A stretch of DNA of 64,000 nucleotides from the human T2T-CHM13v2.0 reference genome, Homo sapiens. Within the stretch, counting starts at the first letter, position 1. Each line of letters begins with the position of its first letter. Position numbers and translations under genes: made by a program. Below the pieces are notes generated by a model. It worked only from the letters and a program-made list of their open reading frames with translations. It did not search any database and was not told the DNA's origin. The stretch is from the NCBI RefSeq assembly GCF_009914755.1, contig NC_060945.1. The stretch is one strand, 5' to 3'. Below are positions 1 through 13,114 of the stretch, piece after piece.

Positions 1-456
1 ATGTTTATTGCGGCACTATTCACAATAGCAAAGACTTGGAACCAACCCAAATGTCCCTCAGTGATAGACTGGATTAAGAAAATGTGGCACATATACACCA
101 TGGAATACTAAGCAGCCATAAAAAAGGATGAGTTCATGTCCTTTGTAGGGACATGGATGAAGCTGGAAACCATCATTCTCAGCAAACTGTTGCAGGGACA
201 AAAAACCAAACACCGCATGTTCTCACTCGTAGGTGGGAATTGAACAATGAGAACACATGGACACAGGAAGGGGAACATCACACACTGGGGCCTGTTGTGA
301 GGTGGGGGGAGGGGAGAGGGATAGCATTAGGAGATATACCTAAGGTAAAGGACCAGTTAATGGGTGCAGCACAGCAACATGGCACATGTATACCTATGTA
401 ACAAACCTGCACGTTGTGCACATGTACCCTAGAACTTAAAGTATAATAAAAAAAAT
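1..456 (+). mobile_element. L1PA-family LINE-1 3' end (ORF2 C-terminus, 3'UTR, A tail); continues upstream of the window
   Basis: L1 3'UTR consensus (...gggatagcattaggagatatacct...ccctagaacttaaagtataataaaaa). Confidence 0.93.
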
Positions 457-729
457 ATATATATATAAACAACAAACAACAAAAAAGTGTACACCTGCCA
501 CAATAAAGCCAGTGTCCAAGACGAGTTGTGTTTAATGTATATTACTTTTATAGCAAACAGCAATAGTGACTTTGTTTTTTTAAAGAAAATTTAGGTTACA
601 TTGAATATTGCTGTTCAGTGATTCATCAAATGTATTCGTCCCAGTAAGCTTGAGATCTTTGGTGACTTTTGAAGGGAGTGAAAATACCATTTTACATCTT
701 TAATGCCTTTTTCATAATTATGACTTTAG

Positions 730-850
730 ATTTCTAGAAGCTCTCAATCACTTTGAGAAAGCAAGAACCTTGATTTATCGTCTTCCTGGAGTGTTAACTT
801 GGCCCACGAGTAATGTGATTATTGAAGAGTCTCAGCCACAAAAAATAAAG
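730..850 (+). CDS. TTC3: TTC3 window exon 1 (aa ~591-631; end of last TPR)
   Basis: tttag|ATTTCTAGAA...ATAAAG|gtaacc; encodes FLEALNHFEKARTLIYRLPGVLTWPTSNVIIEESQPQKIK. Confidence 0.9.
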
Positions 851-998
851 GTAACCATTTATTTTTGCAGAGTGTTTCTTACTGTGAATGCTTATCTGCA
901 TTGACTGACTCAGGTATCAGGAGGCGGAGAGGTAGGAGCATTCCATCCCCACCTCCCTTACACGCATTTCCCCTCTACTGTCTAATGAGAATCTCTGA

Positions 999-1230
999 CA
1001 TTTATTGAATGTTTTCTGTGTGCCAGTGTGTACCTTCATTTATCATTATGCTTAATCCTTATAGCAGCCCCGTGCAGGGGGGCACTGTGATCATTCCCAT
1101 TTTACAGATGAGGAAGGTTAAGTTTAGAGAGGTGAAATGATGCACTCAAGGTGAAACAGCAAGCAAATTGTGGTCCTGGAACTTGAGTCCAGGCATTCTG
1201 ACTTCTGAGTATGCATGATCATGCACTCTG
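999..1230 (-). mobile_element. MIR SINE
   Basis: MIR core cccattttacagatgaggaa; boundaries approximate. Confidence 0.7.
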
Positions 1231-1803
1231 CTGGACTTGGTTGTACTTAGAGGAAGGTATAGTATTGTTGTTTCATCATAAAGTTACCACAGTTACTGAG
1301 ATGGTACTTGAAGATTTAGAAAAATATGAATTTAGTCTCATATCCAGAAGCATAAAGATGCTTTGCTTGTTCTAGAAAGACTTACGTGTGAAATGACTGA
1401 GATAGGCTTTTACTTGTAGTGAACTCTCACATGTACTCAGAACTTGATTTTGGCTGAAGCTTTTAAAATCACAGAAGTCAACTTTTACAACTCAATAATA
1501 AAAAGACAAATAATCTAAGAAGTAGTCAAAGGATCTGAATAGACATTTCTGCAACGAAGATATACAAATGGCCAAAATTAGCACATGAAAAGACATTCAG
1601 CATCATTAGCTATCAGAGAAACACAAATCAAAACCACAGTGAGATACCACTTCACACTCATTAGGATGTGGGCAGACAATAAATATTGGCAAGGGTGTAG
1701 AAAAATGGGAACATTCAGACACTGCTGGTGGTAATGTGTAATGATGCAGCTGCTTTGGAAAATAGTCTGGCAGTTCCTCAAACAGTTAAACATAGAGTTA
1801 CCA

Positions 1804-2196
1804 TGTCTCAGTCCATTTGTGTTGCTATAAAGAAGTACCTGAGACTGGTGATTTATGAAGAAAAGTTGGCTTATGGTTTTGCAGGCTGTATAAGAAGCAT
1901 GGTGTCAGCACCTGCTGGTGAAGGCCTTCAATAGCTCCTACTCATGTCAGAAGGCGTAGGAGAGCCTGTCTGTAGAGATCATATAGTGAGAGACAGGGAA
2001 GTGCCAGGCTCTTTTTAACAACCAACTCTTTAGGGAACTAATGGAGTGAGAACTCACTCACCCCAGGGAGGGAATTAATCTGTTCATGAGAGATTCGTCG
2101 CCATGACTCAAAACACCTCCCACTGTGCCTCACCTCCAACACCGGGGATCAGATTTCAATGTGTGGTTTGGAGGGTCAAACATTCAAACTGTAGCA
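1804..2196 (-). mobile_element. MST-family (MaLR) solo LTR
   Basis: TG...CA termini; 5-bp TSD TACCA at 1799-1803 and 2197-2201; tgtctcagtccatttgtgttgctataaag start. Confidence 0.88.
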
Positions 2197-2360
2197 TACC
2201 ATATGATCCAGCAGTTTCACTCCTAGGTGTGTACAGAGAAAGGAAAACATGTTCTCACAAAAACTTGTACATGAATGTTCATAGCAGCATTAGTCATAAT
2301 AGCCCAAAATGGGAAATAGCCCAAGTATTCGTGAGCTGATAAATGGGTACGTAAGTATTG

Positions 2361-2450
2361 GAACCTGGGAGGTTGAGGCTGCAGTGAGCCTTGATTGTGC
2401 CACTGCAGTGCAGCCTGGGCAACAGAGTGAGAGTCTGCCTCAAAAACAAA
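2361..2450 (+). mobile_element. Alu right-arm fragment
   Basis: gaacctgggaggttgaggctgcagtgagcc...gcctcaaaaac. Confidence 0.85.
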
Positions 2451-2451
2451 T

Positions 2452-2735
2452 GGCCAGTCTTGGTGGCTTACGCCTGTAATCCTACCACTTTGGGAGGCCA
2501 AGGCAGGAGGATTGCTTGAGCTCAGGAGTTCAAGACCAGCCTGGGCAACATGGCGAAACCCATCAATACAAAAATTAGCCAAACATAGTGGCACATGCCT
2601 GTAGTCCCAGCTACTCAGGAGGCTGAGGTGGAAGGGTCAGTTGAGCCCAGGAGGCAGAGGTTGCAGTGAGCTGAGATCGTGCCACTGCACTCCAGCCTGA
2701 GTGACAGAGTGAGACGCTGTCTCAAAAAAAAAAAA
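2452..2735 (+). mobile_element. AluJ-like
   Basis: Dimeric Alu with A tail; gcttgagctcaggagttcaag diagnostic. Confidence 0.92.
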
Positions 2736-3685
2736 GAGTACTGATAACATGCTGCAGCATGGATGGACCTTGGAAACATTATGCTAAGTAAAAGAAGCCA
2801 AACACAAAGGGCTTGTGTGAGTCCATTCCTATGAAATCTCCAGAATAAGCAAGTCTGTATATAGTGACAGAAAGTAGACCAGTGATTGCTGGGCCTGGAA
2901 GGTTAGGGGAAAATGAGGAGGGACTGCTAATGCGTATGGAGTTTCTTTTTGAAAATGTTCTAAATTTAGACCGTGGTGATGTCAGCACATCCTGTGAATA
3001 TGCTAAGAACACCGAACCGTACACTTCATTTGAGTTGTATAGTGTGTAAATTATGTCTCAACAAAGCTATTATAAAAAATACAACACAGGGATTCTTGGA
3101 TTTACCTCTCTTCATACAAGATTGGGATAGAGGCATAGGAGCTATTGATAACAAAAAGCCAGCACTGGAAGCATGGCATGAGTCTCTTGGGGGCTTCATT
3201 AGCAGTGGAATAATTCTCCAGGGAGTCCACAAACAACAGTGGCAGAGCTGCAAGGAGGAAGATAATGGGAGTGTTAGGATTCTGGATGAGGTGATGTTGG
3301 GCAAGAGGAGCCTGGTAAAGTCCTCAGGATTACCCTAAGGGTTATTCTGCCTTACTTGACTTCCTCTTAATGCTTATGGAAGATTTCTGAGAGCTGTAAA
3401 TTATAAAATGCGATTTGATGATTGTAACAGGGCAAAATTTTGATTCTTTCGAAATTCTGAAAAAAAATTTTGTCCAGTCCTCTTTTTAAATCTCTCTTAT
3501 GTCTCTTATCAGCCTTCCTTTTAAAAGGAAAAACTTTAAAAGTTGTATGTAGTTTGTTGTTGGTGAAAAAATTTAGTCATTCTTATGCTGAAAATATTTT
3601 GATGGCAAGAGGTTATTGAAATCACAAGCATTTTTATTGACAGATTAGTATTGTAATGGTATCATTTTTGTTTATTTTGTTTTAG

Positions 3686-3808
3686 ATGCTGTTAGAGAAA
3701 TTTGTTGAAGAATGCAAGTTCCCTCCAGTGCCAGATGCCATTTGTTGCTATCAGAAGTGCCATGGATATTCTAAGATCCAGATATACATAACTGATCCAG
3801 ACTTTAAG
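3686..3808 (+). CDS. TTC3: TTC3 window exon 2 (aa 632-672)
   Basis: tttag|ATGCTG...TTTAAG|gtaaat; 123 nt; MLLEKFVEECKFPPVPDAICCYQKCHGYSKIQIYITDPDFK. Confidence 0.95.
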
Positions 3809-3838
3809 GTAAATAATGAGTGTACAGTGGGACATTAA

Positions 3839-4305
<467 letters not shown>

Positions 4306-4750
4306 TAGTGACCTGAGAAGGCAGGCTGGCTCATTCTTTTTCCTCTTCAAGCTACCTTAGGAGGATAGGAAACAAAGTGAGATTGTTACCTCTGATTTGT
4401 TGCAATTCTGATCTCTCATAAAATTTGAGTCCCAAATCTAAAGGTCATTGTGATCATTGAATTAGCTGTTAGAGACCTAAATTTGAGATAAGTCTGGCAC
4501 TTAATTGAGTTATACTGGTTTATTCAAGAAGCTAGTAGCTGCCCTTGTCCTGCTGTTCCAATGTCCCTGGTTAGTAAATCAGATGAAATAATGTTTATAA
4601 AATATTTGATATATTTTGAAGAATGATGCAACTTTATGCTGTGGAAATAAATATGTTAGTCAAGCTCTCTCTGTCTTTATGTATGTTGTAGTGAGTGAGT
4701 GTGCAGAGACATCTTTAAAACGTTAATTAAAAAATTTTTTGTAACCCTAG

Positions 4751-4852
4751 GGTTTTATACGCATCAGCTGTTGCCAGTACTGTAAAATAGAATTTCACAT
4801 GAATTGCTGGAAGAAGTTAAAAACTACAACCTTTAATGATAAAATTGACAAG
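4751..4852 (+). CDS. TTC3: TTC3 window exon 3 (aa 673-706)
   Basis: cctag|GGTTTT...GACAAG|gtaaag; 102 nt; GFIRISCCQYCKIEFHMNCWKKLKTTTFNDKIDK. Confidence 0.95.
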
Positions 4853-5039
4853 GTAAAGCATAACAGGATTGTCTGAATTTTTCAGTATACTTATTGTATG
4901 TCAATTTTTCCCCCAAGAATTCCTTCCTGAACATTCTGCACATAATTAGAAAATTTTAAATTATAACTTTAATAATAAAGTGGAAAATCAAATTTGTTTT
5001 TATTTGGACAATCATAAAGGCATTAACCATAGAGGCTTT

Positions 5040-5193
5040 GTTTTTTTAAAGAGACGGATCTCACTGTGTTGCCCAGGCTAGAGTGCAGTGGTGCAGTCGT
5101 AGCTCACTGCAGCCTCAGACTCCTTGACCCAAGTGATCCTACTTCAGCCTCCCAAAGTGCTGGGATTATAGGCATGAGCCACTGCACCAGGCC
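5040..5193 (-). mobile_element. Monomer-length Alu (internally deleted AluJ or FLAM/FRAM-like)
   Basis: ~150 bp of reverse Alu sequence. Confidence 0.8.
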
Positions 5194-5749
5194 CCACTTG
5201 AAAGTTTTGATGTGGAATTAGGGATTTCAAAACCAAAATTTGATGAGGTAATTTGTACTAAGAAGTCAACTCAAAACAATTTTTTTAATGTTGGGAAGAA
5301 AGATCAACTTCAATTTTAAACTGCCATTTCTCTCCAGGGATTTTCTTATTACCAAGATAATGATGTTAATTACCATTAAGTAGACATACTTTGAGGGAAG
5401 TCATAGTATTACAATCTTATTTGTATTCATAGAATTTGTTTCTGATCTATAGAAACTATGGACCTTTTCCTACACTTCTTAGGCTTATGCAGACCACTGT
5501 TCTTATTGGGGAAAGAATGAGGCAGTTGTACTAGGCATCTGTTAACAATAGCAATTATTAAAGTATGGTAGAAATAAATTCTCACATTTTGTACATTTTC
5601 ACATAATTAATTAACAATATAATGATATGAGTAAATAACTGTCACCTTTGAGTCACTTCTGCTATGTCTTTGTCTTACCTAAATTGAGTTTCTCTAGTGA
5701 TATACCCTCTTTTAGTGGTCTTAACTATTCCCATCATTTTAAATACACT

Positions 5750-6175
5750 CTGTAAATTAGTCAGCTTTCCCTAGGATATGCTGAAGTGATGCAACCCAAA
5801 TATCTTGTGGCATACATCAGAGAAGTTTGTTTTTTGCTTACATGACTTGTCCTGCAGTTCTGCAGTTGTTGGCTGGGACTGGGCTGTAGCAGCTTTATTT
5901 TGTGTGGCTCTATTCCTTGTTTCTCAATCTAAGTTGAAGAATGACCCTTTTCTGGAACATCTTCCTGTGTCAGAGGAAAAAGAACAATGTCCAGTCTATG
6001 AAGTGTTTGTTAAACCTTTTGTCTAGACATGTGTATGTCATGTCTGGTCACTTTGCATTGATGAAAACAAGTCACATGGTCAGACCCACACCTGAAAGTA
6101 TATTTTTCCTACACGGAAGCCTTAAAATTCGCATGGCAGTGAGTAAGGATTTTCACCACTTGCCTGAAGATGGTT
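5750..6175 (-). mobile_element. Old MLT1-type MaLR LTR (degenerate)
   Basis: ttagtcagct...atgctg...aacccaaatatcttgtggc...aaaacaagtcacatggtcagaccc motifs; boundaries approximate. Confidence 0.55.
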
Positions 6176-6282
6176 TTAGTCCGTATTTTGACTGTTCCTA
6201 GTGGTAAAAATAGTATACGTGTATAGATTTATCCCCCCTAGACATAACATTTTTCTTGTTTTTTTTTTTTTTAATCAAATAG

Positions 6283-6375
6283 GATTTTCTACAAGGAATA
6301 TGTCTTACCCCTGACTGTGAAGGTGTCATTTCTAAGATTATCATCTTCAGCAGTGGTGGTGAAGTTAAATGTGAA
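6283..6375 (+). CDS. TTC3: TTC3 window exon 4 (aa 707-737)
   Basis: poly-T tract, aatag|GATTTT...TGTGAA|gtaagt; 93 nt; DFLQGICLTPDCEGVISKIIIFSSGGEVKCE. Confidence 0.95.
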
Positions 6376-7024
6376 GTAAGTAATAAAGGGGAAACCTTGT
6401 TAGATAGATAACCAAAATGTTTACACCTTTTGAAACATGATTTGAATTTGTAGATATCATGTAATTTGGATCTTTTCCAGGAAAGAAACAATTACTTCAT
6501 TTAAGAAAATATAGGAAATACTGGGATGTGAGAATGCTTCATTGTAATGAAAGCATTCTTATATTCTTTTATTTCTTAATAGGAAAAGGAGGCTTTTTAT
6601 ATCTTAGTTTTACTATTTTTACTGTTTTTGATAACTTCATTTTCTTAATCCCGGTAAACTTTTGGGCAGTAGTGGGTGTGCAGGTTTTTAGGGAGGGGGA
6701 AGAGCGTCTTGAGGGATTACCTTTAACTTCATGACATGGGAATGGCAAGAGTGGGTAGTTGTAATAATATTTACACTTTATTAGATCGTCTGCTTACTCT
6801 TAATTTTTTAAAAACTTTTTCCTCAAGTGTGTCTACCCTCTTGTTCCTCTTCAGTAAATTATTTTGCTAAAGCTTTCTGGGCTTTTGTCTGGGTCAGAAC
6901 ATCATCACTGTTCTCTATCAAACTGAACATTATGTGTGCTTCTGAAATACTTGTTACTTGTGGTTTTGTGTTTTATGTCATGGGAGTATGAGACAAATTT
7001 TGGATGTCTTTGTTTTATTTAAAG

Positions 7025-7089
7025 TTTGAACACAAGGTCATAAAAGAAAAGGTTCCTCCAAGACCTATTCTGAAACAGAAATGTTCTAG
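7025..7089 (+). CDS. TTC3: TTC3 window exon 5 (aa 738-759)
   Basis: tttaaag|TTTGAA...TCTAG|gtaaga; 65 nt; FEHKVIKEKVPPRPILKQKCS. Confidence 0.93.
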
Positions 7090-8097
7090 GTAAGATTTTT
7101 AACAATCAATCAGTGGTTTGATGATGTCTCTTAGAATATAATTCTATTAAATGCAGATTTCTAAATTATGCCTTTTTAAAAATTGGCTGTGTATACATAT
7201 ATTCAAATAAGTGTTTTTTAAAATGATTTTTATGGAAAATTAAAACTTAAAGAGAACTAGCCTAGAATGATTAAATACTAAAAACTTGATTCAGAATTAT
7301 TTATCTAGTGGTTGAATTTACAATTAAAATTATAACATTTGATGCTGTGAAATTACATGTTTGATTAATAGATTTGGCATTTATATAAAAACTATACAGT
7401 TTGCTCTCAGTTGTTGAAACTTTAATTCCAAAAGCATATTTTTCTTTTTATCTCTCTTCAGTAAACATTTTGAACCTATGACTATTTTTTACCCTGAAAT
7501 ACTCAATGTACTGTCTAAATTATTACTTCTCTATAGCTTTTTGTTTAGATCAAATAATTCAGATTCTTTTTTCTTTTCTTTTTGGTCCTGCTTCTTGTTT
7601 TTCTTTCTAAGAAGTGATTTTTTTTTATCATTTGTGACCAAGAAAAAGCAAAAGAAAAGATGAACAGAATTATTTGTTGGAGAGAATTCATTGTAACCAG
7701 ATCAACCAAATTATAGTGTTGTGGGTTATTATTGAGATGTGAAAATTATATTTTACTATGGGACCTTTCTTAGAAATGAGAGTTTACATGAATTATTTTG
7801 CAGAGTAATTTGTACTATTTCTGTTTACCCTATGAAGTAACTTAGATACATGAAAGTGACATCTATACAATCTGTAGACTGCATCCTTAGACATCACCTA
7901 ATCATTGAGGTTTTTGTTTTCATGAAACAAGTACCCTTATTTTGACAATACTGACAGTTTCTTACATTGAATGGAAGATGTAGGCCGGGCTCTGATTAAA
8001 AAAGGAAAACTTCTAATATATTGCTTGGAAGATGGTTTCTACGATAGTCAAAGGAAAACAGTTCATTGAGTTGTCACTAATTGTAAATGTTTATCAG

Positions 8098-8234
8098 CCT
8101 AGAGAAACTAAGACTGAAAGAAGACAAAAAATTGAAGAGAAAGATCCAAAAAAAAGAAGCAAAAAAGTTAGCACAAGAAAGAATGGAGGAGGACTTAAGA
8201 GAAAGTAATCCACCCAAAAATGAAGAGCAGAAAG
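8098..8234 (+). CDS. TTC3: TTC3 window exon 6 (aa 759-805; K/E-rich)
   Basis: atcag|CCTAGAG...AGAAAG|gtatgc; 137 nt; LEKLRLKEDKKLKRKIQKKEAKKLAQERMEEDLRESNPPKNEEQK. Confidence 0.94.
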
Positions 8235-8411
8235 GTATGCAGAAGCCAAAGGCATGATAAGAATAATATACTCTCATTTAAATGTATAAATGTAAGCATC
8301 TTTTGGGCCTTATATTCATCATTATTGAATTGAAATAAAGATTTCACTTAGTAATTTAATACTATCACTGTCTTCTGTTACTCGAAGACAGAATTGGGTT
8401 GGTGTAAAGAA

Positions 8412-8469
8412 CACTGAAAAACCTTTCAGAGATTGTATTCCCACTGAAAAACCTTTCAGAGATTGTATT
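8412..8469. repeat. Direct tandem duplication, 28-nt identical unit, period 30
   Basis: CACTGAAAAACCTTTCAGAGATTGTATT at 8412-8439 and 8442-8469. Confidence 0.9.
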
Positions 8470-8531
8470 TTAACTTTCTGTGCTTAATGACTAAACATAT
8501 TTATTGTATATAAAGTTAAGGTAGTTGATGA

Positions 8532-8882
<351 letters not shown>

Positions 8883-9155
8883 TAGAGGAACTAAGTTTCA
8901 AATGCTACTACATGAATGGTTCAGAATGAAGGGTGTAAAATGCTTACTTTTGGTATGTTTATTTTAGCGTACACTTTCATGTCTTTTCAAAAGTATTGTT
9001 AAGTGTTTATATTTCTAATTAAAGTTTCTTGAGTTTAGTAAAACAGTATAATCAATCTGAATCATATTTTATATTATGTAATTTTGTTATTTCTAAGTTT
9101 ATATAATTGTGAATTAGTCCTATTTATCACTTTAACCATTGTTATTTATCCTTAG

Positions 9156-9482
9156 AAACTGTAGACAATGTTCAGCGTTGTCAGTTCCTTGATGACAGAA
9201 TTCTACAGTGTATAAAGCAGTATGCTGACAAGATTAAATCCGGCATACAGAATACAGCCATGCTTCTCAAAGAATTGCTTTCTTGGAAAGTTTTGAGCAC
9301 AGAAGACTATACAACCTGTTTTTCTAGCAGAAATTTTCTAAATGAAGCAGTGGACTATGTTATTCGCCACTTGATTCAAGAAAATAACAGAGTAAAGACA
9401 AGAATATTTCTGCATGTTTTGAGTGAGCTTAAAGAAGTGGAGCCCAAATTAGCCGCCTGGATCCAAAAACTTAATAGCTTTG
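9156..9482 (+). CDS. TTC3: TTC3 window exon 7 (aa 805-914)
   Basis: cttag|AAACTG...CTTTG|gtatgt; 327 nt; overlaps ORF 9260..9511. Confidence 0.96.
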
Positions 9483-9622
9483 GTATGTCCCTTTATATTC
9501 CAGAGCAATAAACTTTAATACGAAGGGGAAGTGTAGGTCTCTGAGTCATTTTCATTTTCCTGCCATATAATTTATAACTTTAAATGCAGGACTATAAATT
9601 TGTATGGTTAAGAATACTTTTC

Positions 9623-9733
9623 CAGTCCCAGCTACTTGGGAGGCGGAGGCAGGATGATTGCTTAATCTCAGGAATTTGAGACCAACCTGGCAATGTTGCA
9701 AGACCTGTCTCTAAAAGAATTTTTTAAAAAAAG
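9623..9733 (+). mobile_element. FLAM-like Alu monomer
   Basis: cagtcccagctacttgggagg...gagaccaacctggc...gacctgtctc. Confidence 0.75.
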
Positions 9734-10877
9734 AACTAAATATATGAAGGCCTTTAAAAAACAGAAAAACTATTACACACACACGCACACCACAATTTTT
9801 AGGTTATTTTATAGATAGGTTACAGTATACTTCTTCAAAAGGTGCAATCTAAGGAAAGACCAGTCAGTAAAGAAATCCAGACCTATATTAGACTAAACTA
9901 TTTGTAAATGTGTAGATGTGTGAATACTAGGCACAACCATGGTAAATAACACATCCTGGAGTCTGCCCCCTGCTCAGGAGCTGTGTTGAGAAGACAAATC
10001 TATAATTCAGATTCTTTGAAGAAAAATTTAGAGGCAAGAGTGGATGAGACTAATTGCTCAGGGTCACCTAAGGCAAATCTGTATCTAGAGATTAAGAGGA
10101 ACATATCCTAGGGTTGGACTGAGCTGTGGTAAATCACAGGATTATATAACTCTGTACTGTGTTCTGACTTTCGTAACTTGGCTGGGAGAAGGGAAGAGTG
10201 AGCAAGCCCCCTGCCCTCCCCTAAAGCAGGCGCTTTGCCTAAAGCCATGCAGGACTGCAGAAGGCAGCTGCAGATACAGTTGTTGTGTAACACGAGGTAG
10301 GGATGCTTTGGGCACCTACCAGGGCACTATTTATCTTGCTGACTGGATAGCAACTGGCCTAGCACAATAGTTCATTCAGTCGGCAGCTATTAGATAAGAG
10401 GCTAAAGTACGCCACGGGAAAAAGGCAGGGCCTTTAGCCGCAGACCACAGAGTGAGGCCTGCTAAGCCTCTGCCAGCCGTCCCCACCTGTCTGAATGTTT
10501 AGAAACGTGGGGCTATTAGAATTCTAGGGTTTCAGAGAAGATACTGGTCAGCTTCTGCCAGAAGAGACGATGTAAGATGGCAGCAAGCCTGGCATAGTTA
10601 GACAGCTGAACATGCCTGCTTTGAACATAGATCCTCATGGATTTGTGATCCCGGAAAGTTATTTTTAAGTGACAAGATTGTCACTAGTGAGTATCAAGTA
10701 AGCAAATTATAAAGTTAATGCTTGCTTTAACATGCTTTAGGAGATACTCAGGACTGGAGAAATAGGTTTGCCTGGGTTATGCTACACGGTCAAGACTGCC
10801 AGCCACTGTTCATTCAGGTAAATGCAGCACTTGAGCCCTCCAGCTCACTGGCAGGAAAGGGTGAACATGTCTTTTGA

Positions 10878-11198
<321 letters not shown>

Positions 11199-12245
11199 CG
11201 ATATAATCCATGTTTATTCTGTAGATTAAAGGTATCATTTTAATAAGGATATATGTATACTATTTAAAGTAGCAATTTTTATTTAAAGTTGTGAAATGAG
11301 TTCAAGCATGTTAATTAGTAAGGCTGTTACTACAGTCCTGAAGTAAAATGCACACTTACTTAAATAGTAAGTAAAGCAGTTTTCATTTCCTGGAATTTTA
11401 CTTCTCATAAAACGACTATTGGGTGGACTTACATCATGCACATATTTAACATAAGAGAGGTCAGTTTTTATGTTCAGCAAAAGATGAAGGGAGGAAAGAG
11501 AGGAAAGGAGGGAGGGAGAGAGAGAAATAATAGAGCACTAGTGAGATAAATTTAACATTTCAATAGTGAACACTGCCTGCCTGCATTCCCCTCACTGACC
11601 ACAAGCTCTGACGTGGATAGGGAACGGGAATGTGCTATTTTTTCATTGGGCTCTCATAAATCTTTTATTGTGTGAGTATTCTACATGGTCCCTTATTCTG
11701 GTGTTTAAAGATCCTAATTTTCCTGCAACATGATCTCTGCAAGCTAACTCTTTAATCCAGAAGCAAGCAGTCTAGGATAATTTTGACTCTGAGCAATCTC
11801 TGCTTCATTTGTTGACTTCATTTGTTGACTAAGGCCCTCGGAAGAAGTGACCGTTTTATATTAGAGGCATGATGGAGAAACTGGACAGAGCTCCTTTTTG
11901 CTGGCTGTTCATCAGGAGTGGGGCTTCACCGTCATTTCAGTAGGAGTCTGTATGAGATTGTAGTCACCTGTTTTCTAATTTGGAGAGTGGAGAATAAAAG
12001 TAGGCATACTGACCACCTTGATTTTTGTAGAGAGGGGTGAGGACCCACATTTTGGGGAATAAGGAATGTTATTTTAGGTGTTGGGGAATGGGTTTACCCA
12101 TTTCCTCTTTTAGACACATTTGGGAAGATTCTGCATATTGTTGATGTTTTATTACTATGGAATCCATATAAAGAATCATAAAATCTTGCTAGTTTATACT
12201 AATTGGAATGAAAGTCTTTATGAATTAGTGAAAACATTGTTTGGG

Positions 12246-12544
<299 letters not shown>

Positions 12545-12862
12545 TCATTGTTATATTTTTAAAGGAATTTAATGCTATACTTTCATCTCCTAGGTCTAAT
12601 AAAGGTAACTATGATAGTAGAAGGCTTTGGCCCACATTATTCAAATCTAATAGACAAGAATTATTATAATTAGCCTAACAATGTTAAATGGTGTTTCTAA
12701 AATGCCCAATAGCTTGAACGAATCTGTTCTCAACTATTTAAATGTTTTTGCTGAGAATATAAGCAAACTATAATCAGCTGCTTTCAGAGATGTGAAACTA
12801 AATGTGATTTTACAGTAAATAATTTCCCTCCTCTTCTGATTTGGGTTTTGTTTTTATTACAG

Positions 12863-13114
12863 GCTTAGATGCCACAGGAACTTTCTTTTCTCGTTATGGA
12901 GCATCTCTTAAACTGCTTGATTTTAGTATCATGACTTTCCTCTGGAATGAGAAATATGGTCACAAACTAGACTCTATAGAAGGAAAGCAACTTGATTATT
13001 TCTCTGAGCCAGCATCATTGAAGGAAGCCCGTTGTTTAATATGGCTGCTAGAAGAACACAGAGACAAGTTCCCAGCATTGCATAGTGCTTTAGATGAATT
13101 CTTTGATATAATGG
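12863..13114 (+). CDS. TTC3: TTC3 window exon 8 (aa 914-998)
   Basis: ttacag|GCTTAG...AATGG|gtatgt; 252 nt; overlaps ORF 12841..13200. Confidence 0.96.

Larger units (their letters stand above)
1480..3080 (+). mobile_element. Old L1M (L1MB-like) 3' region, interrupted by an MST LTR and Alus
   Basis: L1 ORF2/3' motifs (aaaaccacagtgagataccacttcacac; catagagttacca|tatgatccagca; catggatggaccttggaaacattatgctaag). Confidence 0.8.

Noticed and set aside
153-475. ORFs in the first L1, and similar ones at 36472-36950
   Set aside because: They come from the L1 ORF2 tail and 3'UTR; the elements seen are partial and non-coding here.
11481-11530. Purine-rich GA tract (possible H-DNA)
   Set aside because: It is short, an imperfect mirror repeat, and a common low-complexity feature.
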